Notes under the pieces: model-generated | Seen by the model: the letters and a program-made list of their open reading frames with translations, nothing else | Database searches by the model: none | What the model was told of the DNA's origin: nothing | Position numbers and translations under genes: made by a program | Shown: positions 1 through 9,232 of the stretch, in pieces | Position numbering within the stretch: the stretch's first letter is position 1 | How the letters are laid out: each line of letters starts with the position of its first letter | NCBI GenBank assembly: GCA_963816145.1 | Contig: CAWFJP010000004.1 | Span: 384,001 to 448,000, forward strand | Reading direction: 5' to 3' | DNA: 64,000 nt | Origin: an uncultured delta proteobacterium | GTDB lineage: Bacteria; Desulfobacterota; Binatia; UBA9968

Positions 1-861
1 GAGGTCAAAGGTACGGTTACGATCAATAGCGCTGAGCCGCTACGCTCAGAGGATTTGATGCCGATATTCCACCAGCTTTTACGCATGAATGGCGCGGTGG
101 CGGTGCGCACCGGCAACCTTTATCACATCATGCCGATCAAAGACGGCAAGGGGTTAGCACGCCCGTTGGCGCAAGGGCGCGAAGATAGTTTTGCCTTGCA
201 GCTCATCCCGGTGCGATTTTTTACGGTCGCCGAAATGAAGCGGGTTTTGACGCCGTTTTTGCAGCCGGGCGCTGAGATCGTCGATAATCCGCGCGGCAAT
301 TTCTTGATCGTGATGGACACGCCGCTCAATATACAGCGTCTTGTGGAAATCGCCGATCTCATCGACGTTCAAGTGTTTGCCGGCACGCGCATGGAGATTT
401 ATCAGCCGAGAATTGCCAGCGCCGAGGAATTGTCGCAAGAGATGACTAAAGTCATGCAGTCGTTTTCCGCCTCCTCGCCCCAATCCGAAAACTTTGCCGC
501 GCAGTTCATCCCGCTGCCAAGAATCAACCAGCTACTGGTGATCGCCCACAGCGAAGCCGCCTGGACCTACGCTAAACGTTGGCTCGACCGCATCGACGTG
601 GTTGCCGAAGGCCCGGGTCGTAGGATATTTATCTATCCGGTGGAGAACGGTAAGGCGACGGAGCTAGCTGATGTGCTTAGTCAAGCGCTCGGTCTGCCTT
701 CGACGGGTTCAAAAGTAAGCACGCAAACTTTGCAGAGTATCCATCGCTCGTCATCAAGCAGCTCCAACCAATCTGGTAACTACGGCCAGTCAAGTGGCTC
801 GAGTCAGTTTGGTTCGGGTCAGTTTGGTTCGGGGAGTATGCAGCAGGGGCAAACACGATGA
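1..861 (+). CDS. gspD: Type II secretion secretin GspD, N-terminal part (N0-N1-N2 and first half of N3); 5' end lies outside the window
   Basis: Frame is open from base 1 (EVKGTVTINS...). N0 motif LLRMNGAVAV; N1 NPRGNFLIVMDTPLNIQRLVEIADLID; N2 PRINQLLVIA; N3 start IFIYPVENGKATELADVL, then a Ser/Gly-rich loop and TGA at 859-861. Confidence 0.85.
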   Translation, partial: EVKGTVTINSAEPLRSEDLMPIFHQLLRMNGAVAVRTGNLYHIMPIKDGKGLARPLAQGREDSFALQLIPVRFFTVAEMKRVLTPFLQPGAEIVDNPRGNFLIVMDTPLNIQRLVEIADLIDVQVFAGTRMEIYQPRIASAEELSQEMTKVMQSFSASSPQSENFAAQFIPLPRINQLLVIAHSEAAWTYAKRWLDRIDVVAEGPGRRIFIYPVENGKATELADVLSQALGLPSTGSKVSTQTLQSIHRSSSSSSNQSGNYGQSSGSSQFGSGQFGSGSMQQGQTR

Positions 862-2654
862 AAAAATTTATCGCCCTATGGCTCATCCTAATCGTCGCAA
901 ACTTTTCCGGTGCGCAGGCACAAAACCGTGCCGGAGCGTTCGCAGCGGCAGCCGCGCCCGGCCAAGTCCCAGTGCCGGCAGCGGCCACCCCCCAACTCAC
1001 CACACCGCCGGGACCTGGTAGCCCGAGACCAGCTACCCCGGGCCAACCTGGCCAGCAGCAGCAACAGGAGCAGTTGCGTGTCGTTGCCGACCCCGCGACC
1101 AACTCACTGATTATCTACGGAACGGTCCAGGAGTATCAAAACGTCAAGAACATCCTGAAAGAATTGGACGCGGTCCCACGGCAGGTGTTGATCGAAGCGA
1201 TGATATTGCAAATCGATCTAAAAGATGCCGAAGATTTCGGGGTTGACTATCAGCTGTTCACAAAATCGCGGCAGACTATCTTTGGAAAGACTTTTGGCTC
1301 GAATGCTGTGATCACGTCATTGGGGGCGAAACTGTCCCCCGCCGCACCATTTTTCGCAGGTGTAAATGGACTTACTGCAATCGTTGGCGATGATACAGTA
1401 TCCGCATTAATTCGTGCTGCGGCGACGGATTCTCGAATAAAGCTGATCTCATCTCCCAGCGTGATTGCCAGCGACAATAAGCCAGCGCGGATTCAAGTCG
1501 GCAGCGAGGAGCCAATCGCGACAGGTAGCGTCCAGGCGGCAACCGGTGCGGTTGCAAGTCTTTCAACCTCCACGACCATTCAGTACCGTAATACCGGCCG
1601 GATTTTGACAATCATCCCCCAGGTTAATTCGCAAGGCTTGGTCAATTTGCAGATCAAAGCTGAAGTTAGTGCGCGCGGTGACGATGTGACGGTTGGACAA
1701 GACAAATACCCCGCGTTCAATACCCAGGACGCGGAAACGACCGCTGTGGTTCAGGACGGTGACACGCTGGTCATCGGCGGACTTATCGGTGAGCTCAAAA
1801 GAAAGGCGCGGGTCGGCGTTCCCTACTTGATGGACATCCCGGTCATCGGCCGCTTCTTTGGCACTACCAGCGATGAATCCAGTCGCACCGAACTCATCAT
1901 GTTGATCACGCCGCGGGTCATTCGCAATCGGAGTGACTCTCGCGTGGTTACGGCAGAATTTAAAGCCGGTTTAGAGAAAGTCAGAACCGAGCTTGAACGT
2001 TATGAGAGGGACCGCGCGAAATTACTGCCGCCACCACCGCTGCCGCCACTGCCGGATCCAAACCAGTATTATCAATACGATCAGCAGCAGCCAGCACCGA
2101 CCAATCCGCCCGTTGGGCCGCGAACTTCGCTGCCGCCGGTGGTTGGCAACATCATGATCTTTTCGAATGATCCAATCACCGGTCGGATGATGCCGCCGAT
2201 GGCTGTACCGCAGGAGTCGGTTCCAGTTGCACTTGAGCAAACCCAACCTGTGGCTACAAAGCCCCTTGAGCAACTGAGTCGAAGCGCGGCCCCGGTGTTA
2301 CCAGCACCACCGGCCTATATGCTATCGTTTACGTCAGCGCCGCCGGTAGCCGCGCCTGCTGCTCCAGCGGTTCCAGTGATTCCGGCGCAGCAGCAAAAGC
2401 AAAAGTCTGCCGATCCCCGACGGATTTGGACCGTGCAAGTTGCTGCGATCGCGGAATCTAGCGCTGCCGAATCGTTGGCGCAGAAATTGCGCCGATTGGG
2501 ATACGACGCTTATATTCGCATCATCAAGAGCGAAACTAAGACCTGGCATCGGGTGCGGGTCGGGCAGCTGGAAAGCCAAAAAGATGCGGCTGACCTGCGC
2601 AACATCCTCAGCGCCAAGAAAGAACACAAAGACGCGTATATTGCTCTCTATTAG
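858..2654 (+). CDS. gspD: Secretin GspD C-terminal part: signal peptide, second half of N3, secretin core, Pro-rich linker, SPOR domain
   Basis: Signal-like MKKFIALWLILIVANFSGAQA; VVADPATNSLIIYG (N3); PRQVLIEAMI, DNKPARIQVGSEEP, VQDGDTLVIGGLI, VPYLMDIPVIGRFF, RTELIMLITPRVI (secretin); WTVQVAA...WHRVRVG (SPOR). Confidence 0.85.
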   Translation: MKKFIALWLILIVANFSGAQAQNRAGAFAAAAAPGQVPVPAAATPQLTTPPGPGSPRPATPGQPGQQQQQEQLRVVADPATNSLIIYGTVQEYQNVKNILKELDAVPRQVLIEAMILQIDLKDAEDFGVDYQLFTKSRQTIFGKTFGSNAVITSLGAKLSPAAPFFAGVNGLTAIVGDDTVSALIRAAATDSRIKLISSPSVIASDNKPARIQVGSEEPIATGSVQAATGAVASLSTSTTIQYRNTGRILTIIPQVNSQGLVNLQIKAEVSARGDDVTVGQDKYPAFNTQDAETTAVVQDGDTLVIGGLIGELKRKARVGVPYLMDIPVIGRFFGTTSDESSRTELIMLITPRVIRNRSDSRVVTAEFKAGLEKVRTELERYERDRAKLLPPPPLPPLPDPNQYYQYDQQQPAPTNPPVGPRTSLPPVVGNIMIFSNDPITGRMMPPMAVPQESVPVALEQTQPVATKPLEQLSRSAAPVLPAPPAYMLSFTSAPPVAAPAAPAVPVIPAQQQKQKSADPRRIWTVQVAAIAESSAAESLAQKLRRLGYDAYIRIIKSETKTWHRVRVGQLESQKDAADLRNILSAKKEHKDAYIALY

Positions 2655-2676
2655 TTTGCACCGAATTTTTTGATCC

Positions 2677-2713
2677 GCCGCCCATGAGTCGAACTCATCG
2701 GGCGGCTTTTTTT
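2677..2713 (+). terminator. Rho-independent terminator after gspD
   Basis: gccgcccatgagt-cga-actcatcgggcggc followed by T7. Confidence 0.75.
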
Positions 2714-2948
2714 GGCCGCGCGTTGGCGTTAGCGCGTGTAGGCCGATAGTCAAATTCGTGAGGAGCGCCGACCGGCGCCGATTTTGTTCGCGTTATTCGC
2801 TTTGTTATAATTTGCCTGAAACCCAAAGGGGTGAGTTCGACAGCTTTAAACCTTGCTGTGTTGATCCCCGCCAAGCGTCATTCCGGCCTAGAAATCCAAG
2901 CCGCTATGAGGATTGGCGACGTTGATCCAAGGGGTGAAAGAGAGTATG

Positions 2949-2976
2949 TTGACTCGATTTCCGACAAGGCTATAGC
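2949..2976 (+). promoter_or_regulatory. Candidate sigma70 promoter for the coxD-led operon
   Basis: TTGACT-16 bp-TATAGC about 105 bp upstream of the GTG at 3080. Confidence 0.4.
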
Positions 2977-3079
2977 CATTGGCGGAGGGGTTCTGGGGGC
3001 GATATTGCATTCGTATCCAAGCCTTACGATTCCCGCCGAACTGGTGCTGGAAAAATTAACTGCAAAGGATGAAGCGCGC

Positions 3080-4000
3080 GTGGATCCGAAACAGCTGACC
3101 ATCGAGCAAGTTCAAGAAATTCTTCTCAAAGAAAAATATGTCTGCGACCGTTCTCTGGCGACCGTAGTTTATTTGTCGTTGGTGATGGGCAAACCGCTTC
3201 TTCTAGAGGGCGAAGCGGGGGTCGGCAAGACCGAGATCGCCAAGGTGTTGTCCAAGGTCTTGGGCGCGCGGCTGATCCGTTTGCAGTGCTACGAAGGGCT
3301 CGATGCCAGTACCGCGCTCTACGAGTGGAACTACCCTAAGCAGATGCTCCATATCAAGCTCGAAGAGATCGAGCGCGGCGATAAGAAGCAGGTTGAGACC
3401 GAGATCTTTACTCAAGACTACCTGGTTAAACGGCCGTTGCTCGACGCGATCCAGAGCGAGGATACCATCCCGCCGGTGCTGTTGATCGACGAGATCGACC
3501 GCGCCGATATGGAGTTCGAGGCGTTTCTACTCGAAGTCTTGTCCGATTTTCAGATCACTATTCCCGAGTTGGGCACGGTGACGGCAAAGCATCGGCCCTA
3601 TGTGTTTCTCACCTCCAACCGCACGCGGGAAATCCACGACGCTTTGAAGCGGCGCTGTTTGTATCACTGGATCGAGTATCCGACCTTCGACAAGGAATAC
3701 GAGATCATCACGACCAAGTTTCCCGAGGTCGAAACCAAAATGGCGCAGCAAATCTGCGCGTTCATGCAAAAAGTGCGCGAGATGAATTTCTACAAGCGTC
3801 CCGGTGTCGCCGAAACTTTGGATTGGGCCACGGCACTGATCGCGCTCAATCGCAAACAGTTGGATGACAAGTCGGTGATCGAGACCATGGGCTGCGTGTT
3901 CAAGTACCGGGAAGATTTGAGCCATCTGCGCGAGCAAGTGGAAAACCGCCAATTCAGTCTCGATGCGCTGCTGCGCACCTCGCCGGAGCTCGTGAGTTAG
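3080..4000 (+). CDS. coxD: MoxR-type AAA+ ATPase, CoxD family
   Basis: Walker A LLLEGEAGVGKT, RLQCYEGLD, Walker B VLLIDEIDRAD, LTSNRTREIHDALKRRC. Start placed at GTG 3080 (AAGGA upstream) rather than 2831. Confidence 0.88.
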   Translation: MDPKQLTIEQVQEILLKEKYVCDRSLATVVYLSLVMGKPLLLEGEAGVGKTEIAKVLSKVLGARLIRLQCYEGLDASTALYEWNYPKQMLHIKLEEIERGDKKQVETEIFTQDYLVKRPLLDAIQSEDTIPPVLLIDEIDRADMEFEAFLLEVLSDFQITIPELGTVTAKHRPYVFLTSNRTREIHDALKRRCLYHWIEYPTFDKEYEIITTKFPEVETKMAQQICAFMQKVREMNFYKRPGVAETLDWATALIALNRKQLDDKSVIETMGCVFKYREDLSHLREQVENRQFSLDALLRTSPELVS

Positions 4001-4006
4001 GGATCG

Positions 4007-5221
4007 ATGGATATCACTCCCGAAACAGTCGCGGAGGCGGTCAACAAAGTCGCCTCGGCACGCGGCAAAGGCACTTTGCCGAACATCATGGCGTTTGGCC
4101 GCGCCTTGAAACAGCTCGGCGTCAAGGTCAGCTTGAGCCAGCTACTCGATGCCTCGCGTTCGGCGGATCTGGTCGACATTTCCGAGCGTGGCGATTTCCG
4201 CGCGCTGTTACGCGCCAACTTGATTTCGCAAAAGGAAGACTTTCCGGTCTTCGATATGCTATTCGATTGTTTCTGGCGCGAGCAGAGCTATGAGCGCGTG
4301 CCGATGGAAACCATGGATATTCAAGGCACGCCCACCGAGTCTCAAGCCCCGGAGGGCGGCGATGAGGAAGGCGGCATGGAAGAGGCTGCCACCGAGGCGA
4401 TCGCCAATGAGAATTTGCCGCTGGAGAATCTCGACGAGTTCGCGGTGCCGACCTATAGCGCGCAGGAGCTGATGAACCGCAAGGACTTCAGCGAGATGGG
4501 CACCGAGGAAAGCCGCGCCATCGCCCGAGCGATTCTGCTCATCGCTACCAAGATCGCCACCCAGATCAGCCGGCGCAAGAAGATCGGTCGCAAAGGTCCG
4601 GTGATCGACCCGCGTACGACCATGCGGCGAAGCATGAAGTTTGGCGGCGAAGTGATCGAGATGTCGCACCGCAAACGGCGCATCAAGAAAACCAAAGTCG
4701 TGCTCTTGTGCGATGTTAGCGGCTCGATGGACTGTTACAGCCGGTTTCTGATTCAGTTCATGTACGGTCTTCAGAATGAGCTGTGGGGCGTCGAGACTTT
4801 CGTTTTTAGCACATCGCTCAGCCGGATCACCCATCTGATCCGCACCAAGAATATCGTCGATGCGTTGGATAAGATTTCCGGCACGATCCTCGGCTGGTCC
4901 GGCGGCACCAACATCGGCCGCTCGTTGCACACTTTTAACCGCAACTTCGCGCCGAGCATGGTGACCCACCGCACGGTAGTGGTGATCATCAGCGACGGTT
5001 GGGACCGCGGCGACGTCAGTTTGCTCGAAAAGGAAATGCAGGATATCAAGCGGCGCGCCAAGAAAATCATTTGGCTCAATCCCTTGCTGGCGAGCGAGAA
5101 CTACGAACCGCTGTGCAAAGGCATGCAGGCGGCGTTGCCGTATTTGGATATGTTTTTGTCGGTGCACAATGTCAACAGTTTGGTTGCGTTAGGGCGGACC
5201 TTGCAGAAGATGGTGGCGTGA
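4007..5221 (+). CDS. coxE: vWA-domain protein, CoxE family
   Basis: MIDAS motif LCDVSGSM; WSGGTNIG; IISDGWDRGD; IWLNPL; adjacent to a MoxR ATPase. Confidence 0.88.
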   Translation: MDITPETVAEAVNKVASARGKGTLPNIMAFGRALKQLGVKVSLSQLLDASRSADLVDISERGDFRALLRANLISQKEDFPVFDMLFDCFWREQSYERVPMETMDIQGTPTESQAPEGGDEEGGMEEAATEAIANENLPLENLDEFAVPTYSAQELMNRKDFSEMGTEESRAIARAILLIATKIATQISRRKKIGRKGPVIDPRTTMRRSMKFGGEVIEMSHRKRRIKKTKVVLLCDVSGSMDCYSRFLIQFMYGLQNELWGVETFVFSTSLSRITHLIRTKNIVDALDKISGTILGWSGGTNIGRSLHTFNRNFAPSMVTHRTVVVIISDGWDRGDVSLLEKEMQDIKRRAKKIIWLNPLLASENYEPLCKGMQAALPYLDMFLSVHNVNSLVALGRTLQKMVA

Positions 5222-5224
5222 TTA

Positions 5225-5320
5225 GAATTGATAATGGATAATTGAGCATGGAAAATGACGGACTGGGAGTGGTGCGGTTATCGCGCCCTTTTCTATCCTC
5301 AATCTTCTATCCTCGATTCT
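5225..5320. repeat. Heptamer-period inverted repeat (GATAATG/GAAAATG-type units and reverse-complement-like units)
   Basis: gaattgataatggataattgagcatggaaaatg ... ttttctatcctcaatcttctatcctcgattct; related blocks at about 35035 and 47650. Confidence 0.6.
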
Positions 5321-5337
5321 AAACAGGAGGTCTGAAC

Positions 5338-5733
5338 ATGGCTGGACCCGGCGCTTGTTACACGGATGCGGACTTAGAAGCGAAGAAGAAAGACTCGATC
5401 TATCATCAGGTCAACGAGTTTCTCGCCAAGGGCGAGACCGTCGCGGTGGCGACCATCGTCTCGACCAAGGGCTCGACGCCGCGGGAAGTCGGCGCCAAAA
5501 TGGTGGTGACCGCTTGGGGTGAAATTTTGGGCACCATCGGCGGCGGCTGTGGCGAGGCCGACGTCAAGCGTGAAGCCGTCGAAGTGATCCGCTCGCGCAA
5601 GCCGCGCACCGTGCGCGTCGATTTGCTCGACGATATTTCCTCGGACAGTCCGGCGGTGTGCGGCGGCATCATGAATGTCTTTATCGATCCCTGGTGGCAG
5701 GAACGCGACGAGGAGGCGGCAAGCGGCAAATGA
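5338..5733 (+). CDS. XdhC/CoxI family protein, N-terminal domain only
   Basis: ATIVSTKGSTPREVGAKM, GTIGGGCGE, VCGGIMNVFIDP; strong AGGAGG RBS. Confidence 0.88.
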   Translation: MAGPGACYTDADLEAKKKDSIYHQVNEFLAKGETVAVATIVSTKGSTPREVGAKMVVTAWGEILGTIGGGCGEADVKREAVEVIRSRKPRTVRVDLLDDISSDSPAVCGGIMNVFIDPWWQERDEEAASGK

Positions 5734-6503
5734 GTTCGCTGTCCGAAGAATTAGTCAAAATCGCCGAGCAGGGCGAGGCGGCGGTCCTGGTGACCGTCGT
5801 TGAAGTGCAGGGCGATGGGCGGACCCAGCCCGGCGCCAAGTGTCTGATCCGCGACGGCAGGGCGCAGGTTGAAACCATCGGCGATGCCAAAGTGGTCGCC
5901 GTCCTGGAGCGTGAGAGCGAAACCCATGCGCGGGCGGAAAAATCTCAACTGGTTTCGCTGGCGATTCCCGACAGCACGATCAAGCTCGAAGCGTTCTTCG
6001 AAGTCATGCCGTCGCCGCCCAAGCTGATCGTCGTTGGCGCCGGTCATATCGCCGTGCCGCTGGTGAAGATCGCCAAGGTGCTCGATTTTCACGTCACGGT
6101 GATCGATGACCGTTTGCTCTTCGCCAATCGCGAGCGCTTCCCCGACGCCGATGAAGTTTTGACCGGCGACATGGCGCAGATGCTCAAGGAAATGACCATC
6201 ACGCCGTCATGCTATATTGTTTTGATTACCCGCGGCCATGCTTACGACGAGCCCTGTTTGCGCAACATCATTCACAGCAAGGCGAAATACATCGGCATGA
6301 TCGGTAGCCGGCGGCGCATCAAAGCGTGCTTTCAGCGTTTCCGAGATGAAGAGAAAATCACTGAGGAAGCGATCCAACGCATTTACGCGCCCATCGGCCT
6401 CGATATCGCCACGGAGACGCCGGCGGAAATCGCTTTGTCGATTCTCGGCGAGGTGATCAAGATCCGGCGCGGCGGCAAAGCCGCATCGCTGTCAGGCCAT
6501 TGA
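5730..6503 (+). CDS. XdhC family protein (second domain plus Rossmann C-domain)
   Basis: LIVVGAGHIA, VIDDR, LITRGHAYD, YIGMIGSRRR, APIGLDIATETPAEIALSI. ATGA overlap with the upstream gene; start at ATG 5730. Confidence 0.88.
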   Translation: MSSLSEELVKIAEQGEAAVLVTVVEVQGDGRTQPGAKCLIRDGRAQVETIGDAKVVAVLERESETHARAEKSQLVSLAIPDSTIKLEAFFEVMPSPPKLIVVGAGHIAVPLVKIAKVLDFHVTVIDDRLLFANRERFPDADEVLTGDMAQMLKEMTITPSCYIVLITRGHAYDEPCLRNIIHSKAKYIGMIGSRRRIKACFQRFRDEEKITEEAIQRIYAPIGLDIATETPAEIALSILGEVIKIRRGGKAASLSGH

Positions 6504-6931
6504 TCGCGACCGCCGTGGCGAGTTTTGCACGCATGACCGGTACGATTTTCTCCGACCTGGGACAGGCGTCGCGGTTTATGGCGTTGGACTGGGTACAGGA
6601 GTTGTTCCATCAGTGTCTTGGGTACCATCCTTATCCGGCGACCCTGAATTTGCGGCCGGTGACGCCAGACGATTCGCAAGTGTGGCAACGGGTGCAATGC
6701 GAATTGGACGGGATCGCGCTGGCGACCGCAGCGGGCGGCCACTGTGCCGCCAAGCTGTACCGCGTCGAGATTGAAGCGTCCGCGAATTCGGCTCGAGTTG
6801 CTGGCGCGGTGGTGTTGCCCGAAGTAAAAGATTATCCGAGTGACAAAATCGAAGTGGTTGCGCCGTTGCGCTTGAAAGCACATCTGGGCGTTAAGGACGG
6901 CGATCGACTGATAGTGGAGTTTCTCAGGTGA
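6500..6931 (+). CDS. ribK: CTP-dependent (archaeal-type) riboflavin kinase, DUF120 family
   Basis: GTIFSDLGQASRFM, LGYHPYPATLNL and IEVVAPLRLKAHLGVKDGD resemble archaeal RibK motifs (GxVxSGLGEG / YPGTLN / EIIAPxxLR..LKDGD). An alternative start is ATG 6533. Confidence 0.75.
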   Translation: MIATAVASFARMTGTIFSDLGQASRFMALDWVQELFHQCLGYHPYPATLNLRPVTPDDSQVWQRVQCELDGIALATAAGGHCAAKLYRVEIEASANSARVAGAVVLPEVKDYPSDKIEVVAPLRLKAHLGVKDGDRLIVEFLR

Positions 6932-7587
6932 ACAACAAGAAGCGGCTTATTATCGGTGTTTCCGGCGCCACCGGCGCAATCTATGGCGTGCGCATGCTCG
7001 AGATCCTCGGCAAGATGGATGAGATCGAAACCCATCTGGTGCTCAGCAAAGCCGGCAAGATGACCATCCAAGTGGAGACGCCGTACTCGGTTAAAGAAGT
7101 CGAAGCGATGGCTGACGTGGTGCACGACATCAACAACGTCGGCGCGAGCATCTCCAGCGGCTCGTTTCGCACCGCCGGCATGGTGATCGTCCCCTGTTCG
7201 ATGAAATCCATGGGCGCAATAGCCCACTCGCTGGGCGGCGATCTGTTGGTGCGAGCCGCCGACGTAGTTTTGAAAGAACGAAAGAAACTTGTGGTGGTGG
7301 TGCGCGAGACACCGCTCCATCTGGGCCATCTCGAAGCAATGGCATCGCTCACCCGCATGGGTGCGATCATCTTCCCGCCGGTGCCGGCGTTTTACCATCG
7401 GCCGAAGACTTTGGACGACGTCATCAACCAGACGGTGACGCGGATACTCGATCAGTTCGACATCGATGTTAAATTGTTTCACCGCTGGGATGACGAGGGC
7501 ATGAGCCGTCATCCCGATGCCGCCAAGCCCAAACCGACGCCGATCAGCGCGGCCAAAGAGCGTAAGGAAGCGAAGAAGCTGCGCTAG
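6928..7587 (+). CDS. ubiX: Flavin prenyltransferase UbiX
   Basis: IIGVSGATGAIYG, ASISSGSF, PCSMKS, RAADVVLKERKKLVVVVRETPL, PPVPAFYHRP. Confidence 0.95.
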   Translation: MNNKKRLIIGVSGATGAIYGVRMLEILGKMDEIETHLVLSKAGKMTIQVETPYSVKEVEAMADVVHDINNVGASISSGSFRTAGMVIVPCSMKSMGAIAHSLGGDLLVRAADVVLKERKKLVVVVRETPLHLGHLEAMASLTRMGAIIFPPVPAFYHRPKTLDDVINQTVTRILDQFDIDVKLFHRWDDEGMSRHPDAAKPKPTPISAAKERKEAKKLR

Positions 7588-7607
7588 CCTCGACGGCTCT
7601 CCGGACC

Positions 7608-8657
7608 ATGCCACGCTCCCGGGGTAATAAAGCCCTCACCAAAACCCAAGCGCGCAAAAAAGAGCATCTGGAAATTTGTCTCGACACCGAGAATGTCAGC
7701 AGCCATTCCAGCACCGGGCTCGATCGCTATCGTTTCATCCACAACGCTCTGCCCGAACTGGATCTCGACGAGATCGATGTCGGCACGACGTTTCTCGGCA
7801 AGAAGCTCCGGGCGCCGATCTTGATTTCTTCGATGACCGGCGGTTTCGATCTGGCGCGCAAGGTCAATCGCAATCTCGCCGCGGCGGCGCAAGAGTTGGG
7901 CATCGCCATGGGTGTCGGTTCCCAGAGGGTTGCCATCGAAGAGCCGGCCGCCGTCGATTCGTTTCAAGTGCGCGACGTCGCGCCGGACATTCTTTTGCTC
8001 GGCAATCTCGGCGCGGTGCAGCTCAACTTTGGTTACTCCATCGATCAATGCCGGCGCGCCGTCGAGATGATCGGCGCCGATGCTTTGATCCTGCATTTGA
8101 ATGTTTTGCAGGAAGCGCTTCAGCCCGAAGGCAACCGCAATTTCAAGGGATTGACGGAAAAAATCGCCACGGTTTGCCGCGAGCTGAAAGTTCCCGTCGT
8201 CGTCAAGGAAGTCGGCAACGGCATTTCTGTCGAGGTCGCCAAGCGCTTGCATGGCGCCGGTGTCGCCGCCATCGATATCGCCGGCAAAGGTGGCACCGCC
8301 TGGTCCGCCGTCGAAGCGCAGCGCGCAACGCAGCAAGGCAAGCCGTACAGTAGAACATTTACCGACTGGGGGATCCCCACCGAGGAAGCGCTGGTTGGCG
8401 TGCGCGCTGCCTTGCCGCAGATCCAGTTGGTCGCCTCGGGAGGCATTCGCAGCGGACTGGACATCGCCAAGAGCGTCGCCCTGGGGGCTGACCTGGCGGC
8501 TTTCGGCCAGCCGCTGCTTGCGGCAGCTTTGGAGTCGCCCCGGGAGGTGGTAAAATTCATCGATGGGATTATTCATGAGCTCAAGGTCGCCATGCTCTGC
8601 GTGGGCGCGGCAAACCTGCAGTCATTGCGTCAGACTACCTTGGTCCGTTGTGCGTGA
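7608..8657 (+). CDS. fni: Type 2 isopentenyl-diphosphate delta-isomerase (FMN-dependent)
   Basis: RKKEHL, HNALPE, ISSMTGG, MGVGSQR, NLGAVQL, HLNVLQEALQPEG, VKEVGNG, ASGGIRSG. Confidence 0.95.
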   Translation: MPRSRGNKALTKTQARKKEHLEICLDTENVSSHSSTGLDRYRFIHNALPELDLDEIDVGTTFLGKKLRAPILISSMTGGFDLARKVNRNLAAAAQELGIAMGVGSQRVAIEEPAAVDSFQVRDVAPDILLLGNLGAVQLNFGYSIDQCRRAVEMIGADALILHLNVLQEALQPEGNRNFKGLTEKIATVCRELKVPVVVKEVGNGISVEVAKRLHGAGVAAIDIAGKGGTAWSAVEAQRATQQGKPYSRTFTDWGIPTEEALVGVRAALPQIQLVASGGIRSGLDIAKSVALGADLAAFGQPLLAAALESPREVVKFIDGIIHELKVAMLCVGAANLQSLRQTTLVRCA

Positions 8658-8716
8658 TGTCTGCGTCGCCGCCTTAGCTAACGTCAATCCCCACCCTCTT
8701 AATTGCGACTACGCCC

Positions 8717-9184
8717 ATGGCTGAAGATCTTAGACAGCAGGTTCTCGACTATCTCAAGAACCACAACACCATGACCCTGGCCACCTGTAGTGGTGAATCG
8801 CCTTGGGCGGCCACGGTTTTCTTTGCAAGCGACGGCTTGAGTCTGTATTTTTTCTCCGCGCCGGAGTCGCGCCATTGCCAAAACCTCGGTGCCAACTCGC
8901 GTGTCGCTGTGACGGTTCAGGAAGACTATAAGGACTGGCGCAAGATCAAAGGCGTTCAACTCGAAGGCCGAGTCGAACTGGTCGATGGGGTAGGGGCAAA
9001 GGCCAAAGCGATGACCGTTTACGCCCTCAAATTCCCAGAAGTCATCAAGCTATTTACCGACCCGACCAATGGGGTGTTTCACAGGGCATTCCTGAAGGTG
9101 AAGTTCTATTGCGTGGTGCCGGAGAAACTGTTCTTTATCGACAACGAGCAAGGGTTTGGCAAGCGCCAGGAGTTGCTCCTTTGA
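8717..9184 (+). CDS. Pyridoxamine 5'-phosphate oxidase-like FMN-binding split-barrel protein
   Basis: TMTLAT, PWAATVFF, SRHCQNL, VAVTV, KGVQLEG. Confidence 0.8.
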   Translation: MAEDLRQQVLDYLKNHNTMTLATCSGESPWAATVFFASDGLSLYFFSAPESRHCQNLGANSRVAVTVQEDYKDWRKIKGVQLEGRVELVDGVGAKAKAMTVYALKFPEVIKLFTDPTNGVFHRAFLKVKFYCVVPEKLFFIDNEQGFGKRQELLL

Positions 9185-9232
9185 TCGATAGACTGAACCC
9201 GGCACGTAAGCGTCTAAAGGAATGAAAGCAGC

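Noticed and set aside
859-891. TGA ending the first secretin ORF as a selenocysteine or readthrough codon
   Set aside because: An in-frame TAA follows at 889-891, there is no SECIS-like hairpin at +11, and homology resumes in a different frame.
2831-3079. 83-aa N-terminal extension of the CoxD-like ORF, or a Moco riboswitch in this leader
   Set aside because: The extension is not family-like and contains a promoter-like sequence; a better start with an RBS lies at 3080. I could not match Moco RNA motif features by eye; an Rfam scan would settle it.
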